From Vezdaea acicularis (taxonomy: Eukaryota), in contig JAPEUI010000005.1 of assembly GCA_026025075.1 (NCBI GenBank), positions 62,001 through 126,000 on the forward strand: DNA of 64,000 nt, read 5' to 3'. Positions 1 to 14,343 of the stretch are shown piece by piece. Both the position numbers and the translations under genes were made by a program. Position 1 is the stretch's first letter; each line of letters begins with the position of its first letter. The notes beneath the pieces were generated by a model. That model was not told the DNA's origin. It saw only the letters and a program-made list of their open reading frames with translations, and ran no database searches.

Positions 1-2928
<2,928 letters not shown>

Positions 2929-3953
2929 GTTATGAGGCTTGCGCGTGGGATAGCCTGAAGGTATAAAGCGGCGAATTTTGGGAGCCGAAGTGGCTTTATA
3001 GTGATGAGATAAATGGTGTTTGATCTAATTCGTGATAACTGGGCGACTTCGCTGCCCACTCATGCACCGTTGTCGTACAATCTTGGGCCAAGCCGGCCTT
3101 GATGTTGATGAATGGGTTTTCAGTGAAGTGAACCGTAGCTAATAGGTGGTGCTCGCCAACACATGTAGTCACGGTTCCGTGGTGAAGGTATGGCAGCTGC
3201 GAAGAGTATTGGCATCTTGTGGCATGAGCATGTCAGGCTCGTGGGAGCAAATAGGCATGAAGGGGCTACAAGCTTTTCGACAGAAGATGGCGATATAAAC
3301 AGTAGTCTAATCCACGCAATTGAACCCGAAGGTACCGAAGGCAAACAAGTTACAGGTAGGTCAGATTACATAAAGCAAAGGTAGGCGACTCAATCAAGAG
3401 ATATTTTGATCTTCTTTGTGCGCTCCTCCATTCTACACAGATGTAGCCATTAAACATATTCAAAGAGAAACTACCGGCTCCAGGAAAGGCGGGTAGGATT
3501 TATGGAGGGAATGACGAAAGAAGATTCAAACGTGCCCTTGGGCGAGGTGATTGGTAGGGAATCGCAAGCTTAAATTCAATATCCGGGCCTCGGTCCCGAT
3601 ACCCTACTTTGATTCAGAGGTGAAGAAAGCACTGCGAAGTTCTATAAGGCTGTCAAAGTTTTCGCATGTGAAATAATTTGAATTCCTTCATGTAATAAAA
3701 AAGAATGATCGTGGCTTGTAAGTTACCATCCTGAACGGATTTGAGTGTTGTGGGACGGCGCCCTCCGGTTCGCACCAAATTCGGAGGACGCCCAAGTATC
3801 AAGCTTCCCCAAGCTCCAAATTTTGTAGATAGATACTCACCGCCCCGATGAAAAAGCAACGTAGCACAATGAGTCACTTTATATGCGCTTTTCCATTTTT
3901 CTCAAGGATATGATTCTCTCAATGATTATATCCCTTCGCATGGAATCCGTGGA

Positions 3954-5461
3954 ATGCTTCAACGCAAGCCTAGACTGGCTGTGCACGCCCTACAACGAGC
4001 ACATACCTCGCGCCTAACATGGCGCTCACGACGGCTTTTGCATTCGAGTACTCCATCACCGACGTGGCGACCTCAATCCGTCCTTGATGAGTAAGTCTCG
4101 TCTAACTGGATTTCTCAGTTCCATTTTCATCGCTGATGATTGTCTTATCAAAGATATGTGAAGCGGGAGGCTCGCCCAATCAGCCTACGACAGTTGACCT
4201 TTTTCGGGCGAACGTTGACCGAGGATCGTCTTCTGAGCTCTGCGAATTATGTACGAACAGAGCTTCCGACTAGGTATGAGGAGCAAGTAATCGTTGGTCG
4301 GCCATCCAAGACTAACTCACCTAGACTAGCACATCGCATCCGGGACATGCAAACCCTACCTTACGTCGTAGTCACCAATTCGCATATGCTGCACGTTTAC
4401 GAGCTCTACTACCAAGCTTTTGATACCTTGCGCCGGGTGAAGGAGATCAAGACTGTAGCAGACAATGAAAGATACTGCACACTTATCAAGAAGACATTGG
4501 AGGAGCACCTGTCAATTATTCCCCGTGCTACTATGGGAGTGCTAGAATGCCAAGGCCTTATGCCGCCAGACGAGATGGATTCTTTCATGAACACACTTCT
4601 GCGATCTGTATGTTTACCTTGGGGGGATTCTATGGCTACGTTTCTTTTGGCTAATCTCAATAGCGCATCTCTCGCCGTGTTATTGCTGAGCAGCACCTTG
4701 CCCTAACATCAACCTTCACCAACCCGTCGAGCCCTGCTCCACCTTCGTGCCCGCCTAATGAACTCGTTGGTGAAGTCTTCCTGAAATGCAATGCAAACTC
4801 CGTTGTCACACATTGCTACGATGTCGTCCGGTCACTAGCCCAAGATTCGAGCAACCAACCTCTACCTATGCCCCGCCTGGTTGTCTCAGGGCACCAGGGT
4901 GCTACCTTTCCCTACATACTCAGCCATCTCGAATACATAATTGGGGAGTTACTTCGAAACTCCATACAGGCCGTTTCACAGCGATGGCAAGGGCATGGGG
5001 AAGAGCCGCCTCCTATCGAGGTGCTAATATGTGAAGCGCCGCAACATGTCATCTTTCGTATTTCGGATCAAGGTGGAGGGGTGCCAAGGGCATTACTGCC
5101 CTTTGTATGGAGTTTCTGCAAAGGACCTCGGCGAGAGATGCGGCTTCAAAACCTGAGCCAGGTCCCGACGATGGCCGCAACCCTGCAGGAGATTTCAGCG
5201 TCCGGTTCTGCTGAGCACAGGGCTGATGGGGGCGGAAACAAGATACCTCATGAGAGCTCTCTGAGTAGCTTAGCGAGCAGGCCACCGAACCTTAGGCTAG
5301 GAATGGGCCTACCTATGAGCAAGGTGTATGCAGAGTATTGGGCCGGGAGTTTGGAATTGCACTCGTTAGAGGGCTACGGCGTCGATGTGTTTCTTTGCAT
5401 CTCAAAACTGGGAAATAGGAACGAGCAATTGACAACAAGGGCGATGATGGACGCGGTATGA
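3954..5461 (+). CDS. Mitochondrial pyruvate/branched-chain alpha-ketoacid dehydrogenase kinase family protein (PDK/BCKDK, Pkp2-like)
   Basis: Arg-rich, acid-free N-terminus MLQRKPRLAVHALQRAH. ELPTRLAHRIRDMQTLPY, SRISRRVIAEQHLAL, and GHKL ATPase boxes ELLRNS, FRISDQGGG, GMGLPMSKVYAEYWAGSL, GYGVDV. Three GT-AG introns (4091-4153, 4274-4324, 4608-4663). Confidence 0.92.
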
Positions 5462-6600
5462 GTTCACATATCTCTTTCGGCTCTATCATGGCGTTCCTTG
5501 GGAAATCTGGTGGGAAAGGGGGTTCACGGTTGGCTGGCTTCCTCTTCTATGATATCTCTTCGGAGACTGTTGTAGGCAAGAGTTATAAGAGCATGAATAT
5601 TTTGCATGCCTGTCTCCCAGCGCCCATTGAAGTCTTGAATCACATACCATCGATGGATTTTCCATGTCCAGTTTCAGATACGTTGAATATGAGAGCCGTC
5701 CAGACGGAAAAGTCGCCTACGTAGGTTAAGAGCTATTAATTCTGCAGAATTCTGGCCTTAACGATTTACAGAAAATCAGAATAAATTACCGGGTCGGAGC
5801 ATGTATTGTGGAACCAACATTCAGACGCAGCACAATCTGTCTTTCTAATGGCGCGGGCTTTGAGTTCTTCATCCTAGACCAAAGAGGGATGTTTGCAACT
5901 AAAGCAAGCCTAGCGACGCGTGGTCGAAAACTTTCACTCCAGAGAAGTCATCTGGAAAGTACTCTGAGATAAAAACCCACCTTCATCAACATTTCCGGGT
6001 CCCTCCGAGATAGTTCTTTGGGGTTGCGAAACTCCAATTAGGATTCGACAGTGGAACGAGTTTCTTGGCTGTTGGCACAGGATTCCAGTATTCCCACATG
6101 GACATTTTGGAACGCGCCCACGGTTTCCTTTCCAACTTATCAACTGTTCCACCATTAAGTTTCTTAGCTCTTCATCATAGCTTGTCTTGTTTCTCTCTCT
6201 CATTGGAACACCGAGTTCTCGATGGACGCTTAGTGCCCTTCCAAATCTCAGACGAGGCATTTTCCACCAGATGAAATTGAGTAATCCTGGAACATCGAGG
6301 CTTAAAGCGCTCCGTGCTCATATTCACTGACTTATCATTGGCGGTCAACTTTACGCGAAGGAAGATGTTCTTACTACAAGCCTCAGATGCGAATGCTACA
6401 AGCCTCCAATTTCGTCCATAGGTCTGATTTTGGAAAGTCAGCGCCATGCAGCTGCTTGAGGGTTTGAGAGCTATGACTACGCCTTAACCCTTTCCCTCGT
6501 GCTAATTTACTTTCCTTCTTGTCATCTCTGATCAAAATCAGATTAACCTCACTTCTTCATATTTTCATAATCTTTATGAGATCTCTAGCTAGGCCCTTCT

Positions 6601-8451
6601 ATGCTTGAGAATTCCAAGCTCAGAATGCCGAAGAGCGAACTTTTAAGTTCCTTATGTGTACTTCTCTATGTTGTGTCCTCAGTCGCCAATCCGCTGGACG
6701 CTATAGCTACCCCAATCCTTTCGGAGCCGCCATCGTCGACACTGATACTCGCGGCGCGTACAATAGAAGGATGGAATCCATTCTGGCAATCGCCTGAGCC
6801 CAGTACCACCGGCACGGGCGAGCATTGGCTTGACGCGCTCTCAGTCGAAGAAGGTAGCTCGAACTTGGATACTGAACCTGCTGAAGATCCTATGCCAGAT
6901 GATGTTCTTGACGAGCTATTGTCCGATGCTGAACATTCATCCACCGGCGGTGCCGAGAGTTCGCGAAGGAGGAAAGGACGTACTCGTGGCCAATGCATAA
7001 TTGAAGATACTTTTGACAGTCAACTGGGCTCTCTCCCACGAATTCCAGAAGCAGGGGAGTCGCGACAAGGGAATTCAATTGATACCTTCGCTAATACCGA
7101 TGATTGGGATCCCCGAACCTACCAGCTCTCTTCAGACTCTGACGAGGATTGCCAAGCTCAGCCTCTAGCGGGCGAGGTAGAGCCTTATTATGGGGGTTAT
7201 CCTGGCATCGGCCCCGGAACACGCCCTAACCCCCGGGTGGCAGGCTTGACTAGGTTTCGAGATGCGATCACCGCTGGCCGCGGCGATCGCAGTAGCCGCG
7301 CTACCCGCTTTCGAGAGGAAGAAGAAGGTAAACCGCTGTTTGACGGACCTAGTAGCAAGGTTGGGCTGGTTCGGAACTACGATAGAGGCCCGATGGCTTC
7401 TGGCGATATCATCTGCTATCCGGAGCTGAACGGCGGTGTAAGCTGGCGAAACGATGATTTATTCCCACTAGGCCTTAGTCATGCTATGTATCTTGACCTT
7501 CGGGATGTCTGCCGCAAGTCGAATGTCGCGCAACCAAACGTCGGCTGTTATTGTGATCGCACAGAGATCATGGGTGGGAGGAGTGTCCCTATGCGCTGCG
7601 ACAGAGAGAAAGATAGATCGCTAGTCGCTGTCAGACAGCTGTACAATATGTGGCACGAGGCATGCCAAGCCACTTGTTGGTGCACCCCAAGGAAGAAGAG
7701 CAGACTAAGCAATCTCTTTAGGGGCAAAAGCAACGAGCCAAATGGAGGAGGAGGATCGGGCAGTAGGGATAAGAAAGGCGGAGACGGTGGAGCAAGTGGC
7801 GGTAAAGAACCTGCGAAGGAAAAGAAACCGTTTTTCAAAGCCATCGGAAGCAGACTCAAGATGTGGGGCGGCAAGCTTAGCGGACGCACTTTGTACGTGC
7901 CTCTGAACCTTTTGACGCCTGCTGCTGGTGACACAGGCTGGGGCCTTGCAACACTGGATGATGATCAGATCGTTGTACCGCTAAGCGCGGACGAGCTCAT
8001 TGCCTTTGCGGAAAAGCTTGAAACTAGACCGCAAGATGCAGCCACGGATTATAGCAGTGCCGGAAGCGCAGTTTTGGACGTCAGCCCTAAAGAACTGAAC
8101 AATGTCTGCAAATCGGCTGGAAGCTGCTCGTCTATAACGGATTCATGTATGGAGAACGTTGTCAACATACTTGGAACCGTTTCCCTAGGCTCCTGGGGTG
8201 GAATTGCACAATCAGCGTGCAGATGTGGTGCGCAACTTGCTCTGGGAGTGGGCGCTGGAATGGCGGCGAGTTATACGGCGAAATGCCATACGAGTGGGCT
8301 ATTGGGCAAAAGGGGCGAACTAGGAGAAAGAGATCTGGGTTATGCATGTCCATGTAATTCCACCTACGTTAGTAGGAGTTGCTGTGAGAGTATTGATGGG
8401 ATCGTATGGGAGGATAAAGAGATGTGGCTAGGGGTTCTGACTGGGAGCTAG
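6601..8451 (+). CDS. Putative secreted cysteine-rich protein of unknown function (intronless; probable start at ATG 6625)
   Basis: 616-codon ORF with signal-peptide-like MPKSELLSSLCVLLYVVSSVA, an acidic linker and two Cys clusters. C-terminus GKR...ACPCNSTYVSRSCCESIDGIVWE. Confidence 0.8.
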   Translation: MLENSKLRMPKSELLSSLCVLLYVVSSVANPLDAIATPILSEPPSSTLILAARTIEGWNPFWQSPEPSTTGTGEHWLDALSVEEGSSNLDTEPAEDPMPDDVLDELLSDAEHSSTGGAESSRRRKGRTRGQCIIEDTFDSQLGSLPRIPEAGESRQGNSIDTFANTDDWDPRTYQLSSDSDEDCQAQPLAGEVEPYYGGYPGIGPGTRPNPRVAGLTRFRDAITAGRGDRSSRATRFREEEEGKPLFDGPSSKVGLVRNYDRGPMASGDIICYPELNGGVSWRNDDLFPLGLSHAMYLDLRDVCRKSNVAQPNVGCYCDRTEIMGGRSVPMRCDREKDRSLVAVRQLYNMWHEACQATCWCTPRKKSRLSNLFRGKSNEPNGGGGSGSRDKKGGDGGASGGKEPAKEKKPFFKAIGSRLKMWGGKLSGRTLYVPLNLLTPAAGDTGWGLATLDDDQIVVPLSADELIAFAEKLETRPQDAATDYSSAGSAVLDVSPKELNNVCKSAGSCSSITDSCMENVVNILGTVSLGSWGGIAQSACRCGAQLALGVGAGMAASYTAKCHTSGLLGKRGELGERDLGYACPCNSTYVSRSCCESIDGIVWEDKEMWLGVLTGS

Positions 8452-8685
8452 TGATTACCTTTGTAGCAAGTGAAGGTGCAGGAGTCATTGATTTCTCTGG
8501 AATTAGAATTAAAAGGGGGCGCATTGAGGCGTTCAAGTCCTTGCTCGCCTTTCTTTGCTCTCGGTTCGAGGTTTGTACTACATTGTAGCTATAAATTCCG
8601 CATTACCACATTATATGACTATCATAAATCTGGTTGTTCTTCTCGGCCTGAGATGCTGAATTTCGCAAAGCCCATCGCGAATATG

Positions 8686-9988
8686 TCAATTCAGGTGCTG
8701 AGTACATTGAGACGGGTTGGCATGTACGAAATCGAATGCTCTCAAGAGTCCGAACATATGCGCGAGACCCGCTAGAATAACCATGACGTGTAAAATCTGA
8801 TGACTTGATCCGAAGATGTCGAATGTCTTTGGATAGAGCTTTTCAGGGACCTATGTTATGTGAGTACTTGATTTCGAGACGATTAAAGAAACCCTACCCT
8901 TGCCGCATAAGCACCAGCCCCGATGAAGTTCAGGGTGGCCATTAGGGCCATCCAATCCAGACTCATTCGGCTGTTCTGAAGCGTCCATCCGTACTTGAAA
9001 ATGCCGTGAAGACAGGGGATGATAGCGGACAAGCCGAGCCCGCTATACATTGCGGCTCGTATAGGGCGGTAGCTGGGATGTCGGAACTTCGTATCAAGGC
9101 AGACTATACAACAGCCGATTGCAAGGACTGTAACTAAGCTCCAGTATGTCAACTGGTAATGCAGATCGCAGTACCAGCCATAATACATTGTAGGTATAGT
9201 CGAGCCCCACATGAGAATGACGACGCCTAGGTAATCCAATTGGTTTCCAAATTCCGCGACAGAGGGGCTGTGATTTGCGATGATATGAAATCTGTGGTAT
9301 GAGCATGAGCGAGGGTGAGAATATCATAGTGGCTGTTAGGGACGCACAGAGCGGAAAGGAGAAAGCAAATCGCAACGCCAAAGAAGAAGGTTGAGAAGAC
9401 GAGGATATCCCCCGTCGACGCACTGTCATATCGATCGCGTATCGTATTGTAGACTATGACCGGAAGAGAGAAGAAAAGCGCCGCACCCAAAAGGTGTGAG
9501 AATATGTTGACTATAAAGTCAGATAGCCCCTTTTCCATAACGAAAACTTACCAGTCTCATTGTGTATGTGAAGCAAGCTCTCTGTAGAGCGCCGAAATGA
9601 GTAAGACGGACGTCTGTTTGTGGTCAGAAGTTTGGTCTACACTAGGGTTATATACGAAGATACTGACCGATATCCAGTCAAAAGATACTCGTTGTCTCTG
9701 TTGTTCGAGCGCCTTCAGCCTTTTGGCGTTCTCGAAATATGTCGTTGATTTAACTTACTGCTGCCATTCCGCTTCGAACGAGGGACGTTAGACTCGAATT
9801 GCAGGCTCGTGAAGATACCTTACGTATTTGACTCCACGTCAGCCAGGCCCATGGATCACCCAAATCAGGCTATACGTACGAAACGGGACAGTATTAGCAA
9901 GGCTGCTTGTGTGTGAGGATTTGAGGCATACAGATTTCAATAGCCGCTCCGTGGCCTCCCCATGCTGAGCTTTCCGGCGCTGAGACAT
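8686..9988 (-). CDS. PAQR/hemolysin-III family 7-TM receptor (IZH/adiponectin receptor-like)
   Basis: The spliced product contains PEWQQDNEYLLTGYR, HNETVNIFSHLLGA, SALFHIIANHS, LDYLGVVILMWGS and VPEKLYPKTFDIFGSSHQILH, which are the PAQR Zn-binding motifs. About 7 GT-AG introns. Confidence 0.92.
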
Positions 9989-10470
9989 CTTTCATCCAAA
10001 TGCGATATAGGAACTGGAGATTATAGATGTGAAGGGCGCATTTTCCGTCTATCTCGATCTTCCATTGAGAGATATCAGTTGGCGAGGCTACTCACGCCTG
10101 CCTTGAGGGTTAGGCTCGTTAACTGAACCCATATCATCCAGGATCGCCCGTTTTCCCGTTCTGCATGCCTCTTAGCGCCCGATATCCGGCGCTTGAAACA
10201 AGAGAACCAGTAGGAGCGAACGTTTGTGCGGGTTAAATGGGAACCTTGATCGATCGAGGCGCATTCTCTGGCGGACTTGGGGGCCACTAATCCTCATCCC
10301 ATGCAAATGCGCAAGACTGCGGCGCAATGCAACAGACTCCCGCGAGTATGTCACAGTTCTTCCTTTACAAGGCTAAAAGCCTTGTTGCATGTTCCTTTTG
10401 TCTCTCTGATTTCTCAATCGCGGACTGGAAATCTTCTTGAAAGCGTCTTGCGGCATGGCTCGATATCATC

Positions 10471-12364
10471 ATGCTAGCACTCTATTCTCTCTATGTGCTC
10501 CAGAATTATGTCGCAACTTCACTTGCGTCACCCGTAGCTTTGACCAATGACTCGACCAATGTCGGCTGGACATCAGATCCAAACGGTCGAGGGACGTCTT
10601 CGTTGATCATATCTTGCCTGGCCACTCTACTTCTGTGTGTCTGGTCGGCTATGCATCTGAACTTACCGCCAGAGGACGAGCCGGAGAGAAAAGAGTGGGT
10701 AAGGCAAGCCAAATGGAGCCTTATGGGAGTCGTAGCCCCAGAGCTAGTCGTTTTGGCAGCATGGAGACAGTGGACCTCGGCCATGACCTTACAGGGGAGT
10801 GTCACGCGGCTATCCAAGGACAACGAAGATGTGTTTCCCCCAATCAGGGTAGTCACCGAGGACTCAGAGAAGGTGAATCCTTAAAGACGTGCCTATATTA
10901 CAAGGCCACTAACTGTATATCAGAACCTCAATGGTGGAATAAAGAGCAAGCACTCGTTCACAATGACCCATGGATTTTATTCTGGAATGGGCGGCTTCAC
11001 TATCAATGTCAAGGAATTACAAGCTGACGGCGATATATTTCTCCCAATGAATGGAAGATTGACCCTGACAGCCCGTGGGACGAACCTACTTGCTCAGTGC
11101 GGTCATCTACCTGACATTGATTACAGAGATATCAAGGACAAATCGAAAGCAGATGGTATTGCAAAAGCGCTCGTTCTTATTCAAGCTTGTTGGATGCTCT
11201 TTCAGGTCATCGGGAGACTTGTGGTGAAGCTTCCAGTGACGTTACTAGAAGTCAACACGCTTGGACACGTCTTCTGTGCTTTCATCATCTACTTACTATG
11301 GTGGAATAAACCCCGTGGTATACGAGAACCTACGAAGCTTGAAGGGGACTGGCTCAAACCTATCTGCGCATATATGTATATGTCTAGCCAGATATCCGGC
11401 ATCGGGGAGCCTCAAAACGATCTTCTTTCGTACGTAAGACTGAAAACAGCATGGAAGACGCCGGAGCTCGAGCTCCTGGATTTCTTCACCCCCAAAAGTC
11501 ATATCCAGAGCCAGAACAAGAGCATGATAGATGCAGATGTCCAAGTGGAATCTGCAGCATCGTTGAGTGGATCTGAGCCATTTACACCTTTGACACATCG
11601 AAGCGCTACCCTGTCTATAAGTGATAACCCTCCAGCGTTACACCGTAACCCTTCTTCCACAGAAAAGCGGTTTCGTCTGCGTGCAGAACGAATGGAGCAT
11701 GATTTGGACTCTCCTTCAGGTGACCTCATTAAACAGAGACGTTGGAAGCTTGCTAGTGAAGCTGTGAGACGCTACCCTGCCATCGCAAACGATCGTTTCA
11801 CAGCTCGATCTCGTCCGGATAAAGACGGTGACTCGAAGACATGGCACCAACCAATTGTTGAAGAATTGGTCGTTTTGAAGGTCGGCAATTGGCCAGGACG
11901 AGATCTTATGCGCAGTGTTGGCGGTTTAGTAATGGGCATGGTGATTTGGGGTGCAACAATGGTACGATCAAATGCAGGAACTGAGATTTCTCAATGATAC
12001 TGACTGCGTGAAGGCCTATGGAGCCGTACACCTTGCCGCATGGCACGCAGAATTTCCCAGTATTCTTGAAAGATATATGTGGCGCATCTCAGCTATCGAC
12101 ATTGCATGCTCAGGCGCCCTCTGGCTAACTATAAATCTCCTCGCGGCAGCTTCCAGGCGATTTGATAGGTTCTGGGATCGCATCGTAAGGCTCGATGTTC
12201 ACATTAGCGTGTACTATTTCTTGGTCGTGACCTGTACTTGCTGTGGACTAGCGTATGCTTTTGCAAGGGTCTATCTTGTAGTTGAGGCGTTTGTAAGTAT
12301 TAGGAGCCTTTCGCCTTCAGCGTATGATACTCCAAGTTGGTCACAAGTTTTCCCGCATTTTTGA
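10471..12364 (+). CDS. Conserved fungal multi-pass membrane protein of unknown function (RGT..I.SC / HGFY..MGGF / DKSKAD family)
   Basis: Three in-frame exons joined by introns 10873-10923 and 11962-12013. Motifs GWTSDPNGRGTSSLIISC, APELVV.AAW.QW, THGFYSGMGGF, IKDKSKADGIAKALVLIQACW, TLLEV.T, WWNKP, YGAVHLAAW and ARVYLVVEAF.S.R.L...AY.TP.W. N-terminal signal-like segment. Confidence 0.85.
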
Positions 12365-12703
12365 TTGGCAGGCTTTTATTGGTTTATCGGAAGGATGGCG
12401 ATTGGTAGGCTCATATAGGGGTGGAGCGTGGAAAAAGTACCTACCAGGAACTTAGAGCATATTTCCGGCACTTGTGGGTTCAGCTGTGACAAATTTGTCT
12501 CGATTGACTGACTAAACTTCGAATCGAGATTCAAATTCGACGCGTAGCTTATTATTCTTAGAGTTGGTTTCTCCCTGAAAGCTGTTTTTGAATATCTTTC
12601 AAGAAGCAAATGCTCGTCGGTTTGTAGAAGCTCGTCAAGACTACTGCCCACTCGACCATACCTCAATTCGGTTGATGTAGCGGACGCTAGGTGTGCAATA
12701 TTC

Positions 12704-13843
12704 CTATCTATTCCTCTCAATCTTGTCATCGACTTTGCGCGTCAACGCTCCCCAATTCTGAGATATGTATTGGGAGAGCCTTGCTTCATCTAATGAGCCA
12801 TCGTTCATCCAAAATTGAAGCCCTCTCGATGGAGTTTCTGACAGGCTGGGAAAAAGGATCTGGTTAAGACAACCGTGGAAGGCCTTCGATTGTGCCTTAG
12901 TCATCGCGGGCAGTGAGGGCAATACACGGACTTGGAAGTCTTGCGCTGCTAACAGCTGTCTTCGATTCATTACCATGGTATCGCGCCGCTCACGGACTCC
13001 AAAGGCCTCAACTGCTTCGCGTTCAATTGTCGATTGAGTCAACGTACAGACTTTAATGTCAGGCTTCTTCTCCAACAATGACGGCAGAAATTCATGAACC
13101 CACTTTTGGTACACCGATCTCCTCTTCAAATTATTCTTGTCGGCATTCTGCAATTCTCCCGGTGCAAATGGTGTCAAAGAGAAGATTCTTGTCGTACTGA
13201 TATATTGAAACATTTCATCTACGGTATCCCAACCTTGCTCAAATTCTGCTTCAGCAAGGCCAAGGAATTCCAAAACGGCAGGAGGAGAGTTTGACAAATA
13301 TAGATAACTTGTCATTTTAGGTTCACGTACTCTCATGGTCTTCTCAATTTCTTGAAGCTGAAGCCAGAGACCAACGTTGTCAAACCTCAGGCCAAGGCGT
13401 TTGAGCATCTGTCGCATGATGATCCAAAAATCTCCGTACGCCGTTTCAAAAGTAATCCATTCAATTTGTTCAAGTTTACAGACATGTACGTCAACTTGGA
13501 TGAAGCAATCGTCTTTCTGGGTTAGAGTTGAGATCCAGGCCTTGACGCCAGGTATTTCGGAGCATTGGCTTGCAGGAAAAGCGACGTGATTGATCACAGG
13601 ATTGATCACTCGGCTGCTTGGGAGGCCTTGAAGTATCTTGGAGAGCTCCTGGCCTGTTTTGAATTTGGGAGCCGCAACGATTATGTCGATGTCACCATGA
13701 TCAACTTTTCCAGGACTGGGCTTGAGGAGGCGAAGCTCTTTACAATGGGGCAGGAGGAGAGAAACGATTTTCTTTGACACTGGATGAAAGACAGCGTCAG
13801 GTATGCGTGGAGTGAAGAGATCCGGAAAGGTAGATCCGCCCAT
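12704..13843 (-). CDS. Uncharacterised protein with a DNA polymerase beta/X-superfamily nucleotidyltransferase signature (intronless)
   Basis: 379-codon ORF from MGGSTF. PGKVDHGDIDIIV (GDxD), downstream beta-strand Asp in FIQVDVHVC, then YGDFW...KRLGLRFDNVGL resembling the Pol X palm/thumb junction. Coding status is secure; the function is inferred. Confidence 0.8.
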   Translation of the reverse strand: MGGSTFPDLFTPRIPDAVFHPVSKKIVSLLLPHCKELRLLKPSPGKVDHGDIDIIVAAPKFKTGQELSKILQGLPSSRVINPVINHVAFPASQCSEIPGVKAWISTLTQKDDCFIQVDVHVCKLEQIEWITFETAYGDFWIIMRQMLKRLGLRFDNVGLWLQLQEIEKTMRVREPKMTSYLYLSNSPPAVLEFLGLAEAEFEQGWDTVDEMFQYISTTRIFSLTPFAPGELQNADKNNLKRRSVYQKWVHEFLPSLLEKKPDIKVCTLTQSTIEREAVEAFGVRERRDTMVMNRRQLLAAQDFQVRVLPSLPAMTKAQSKAFHGCLNQILFPSLSETPSRGLQFWMNDGSLDEARLSQYISQNWGALTRKVDDKIERNR

Positions 13844-14343
13844 GATGGCGGGCCAACGCACAATTCGATGTAGTTCCTACAGATTATGGAAGGATTTGGA
13901 GCAGTGACGATCGATACAAGGCTTATGAATGGAACGTAAAGCGGAAGAAAATATGACGGACTGTTTCGCCTCTCAGATGTTTGCGAGAGCAAGTACCCTT
14001 GAGAAGGTCGATGAGTGGCCTCATAAGTGCGTAGAGCAACCATAGAAGAAAGCACTCTTTATCATAGCTGGGACCTTGCGATTTGGCAGACCTTTGTATA
14101 CATGTAGGAGCAAAAGGCTCGCTAGAGCAACAATATCCCAGAATAGAGATCATGTCATGTTGGTTGACTCGTCTTCAATGATAAATGTAGAAGGCGTTGT
14201 GAGGTTAAGGGAAAGCAAGCTTAAGGTCGGGAGAGCGGCAAGTTCCGTTCCCAGAGGCTGATCCTCGTATCAAGACTTCGCCCCTGGAAGGTCAAATTCA
14301 CTTATCTCCCTTCTCCGCGTCAATCAGCCTTTGGATCGCCAAG

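Noticed and set aside
12376..12729. 117-aa ORF overlapping the 3' end of the NTase-like gene (possible frameshift extension)
   Set aside because: No slippery site, splice signal or recognisable domain. It lies in the convergent 3' UTR zone.
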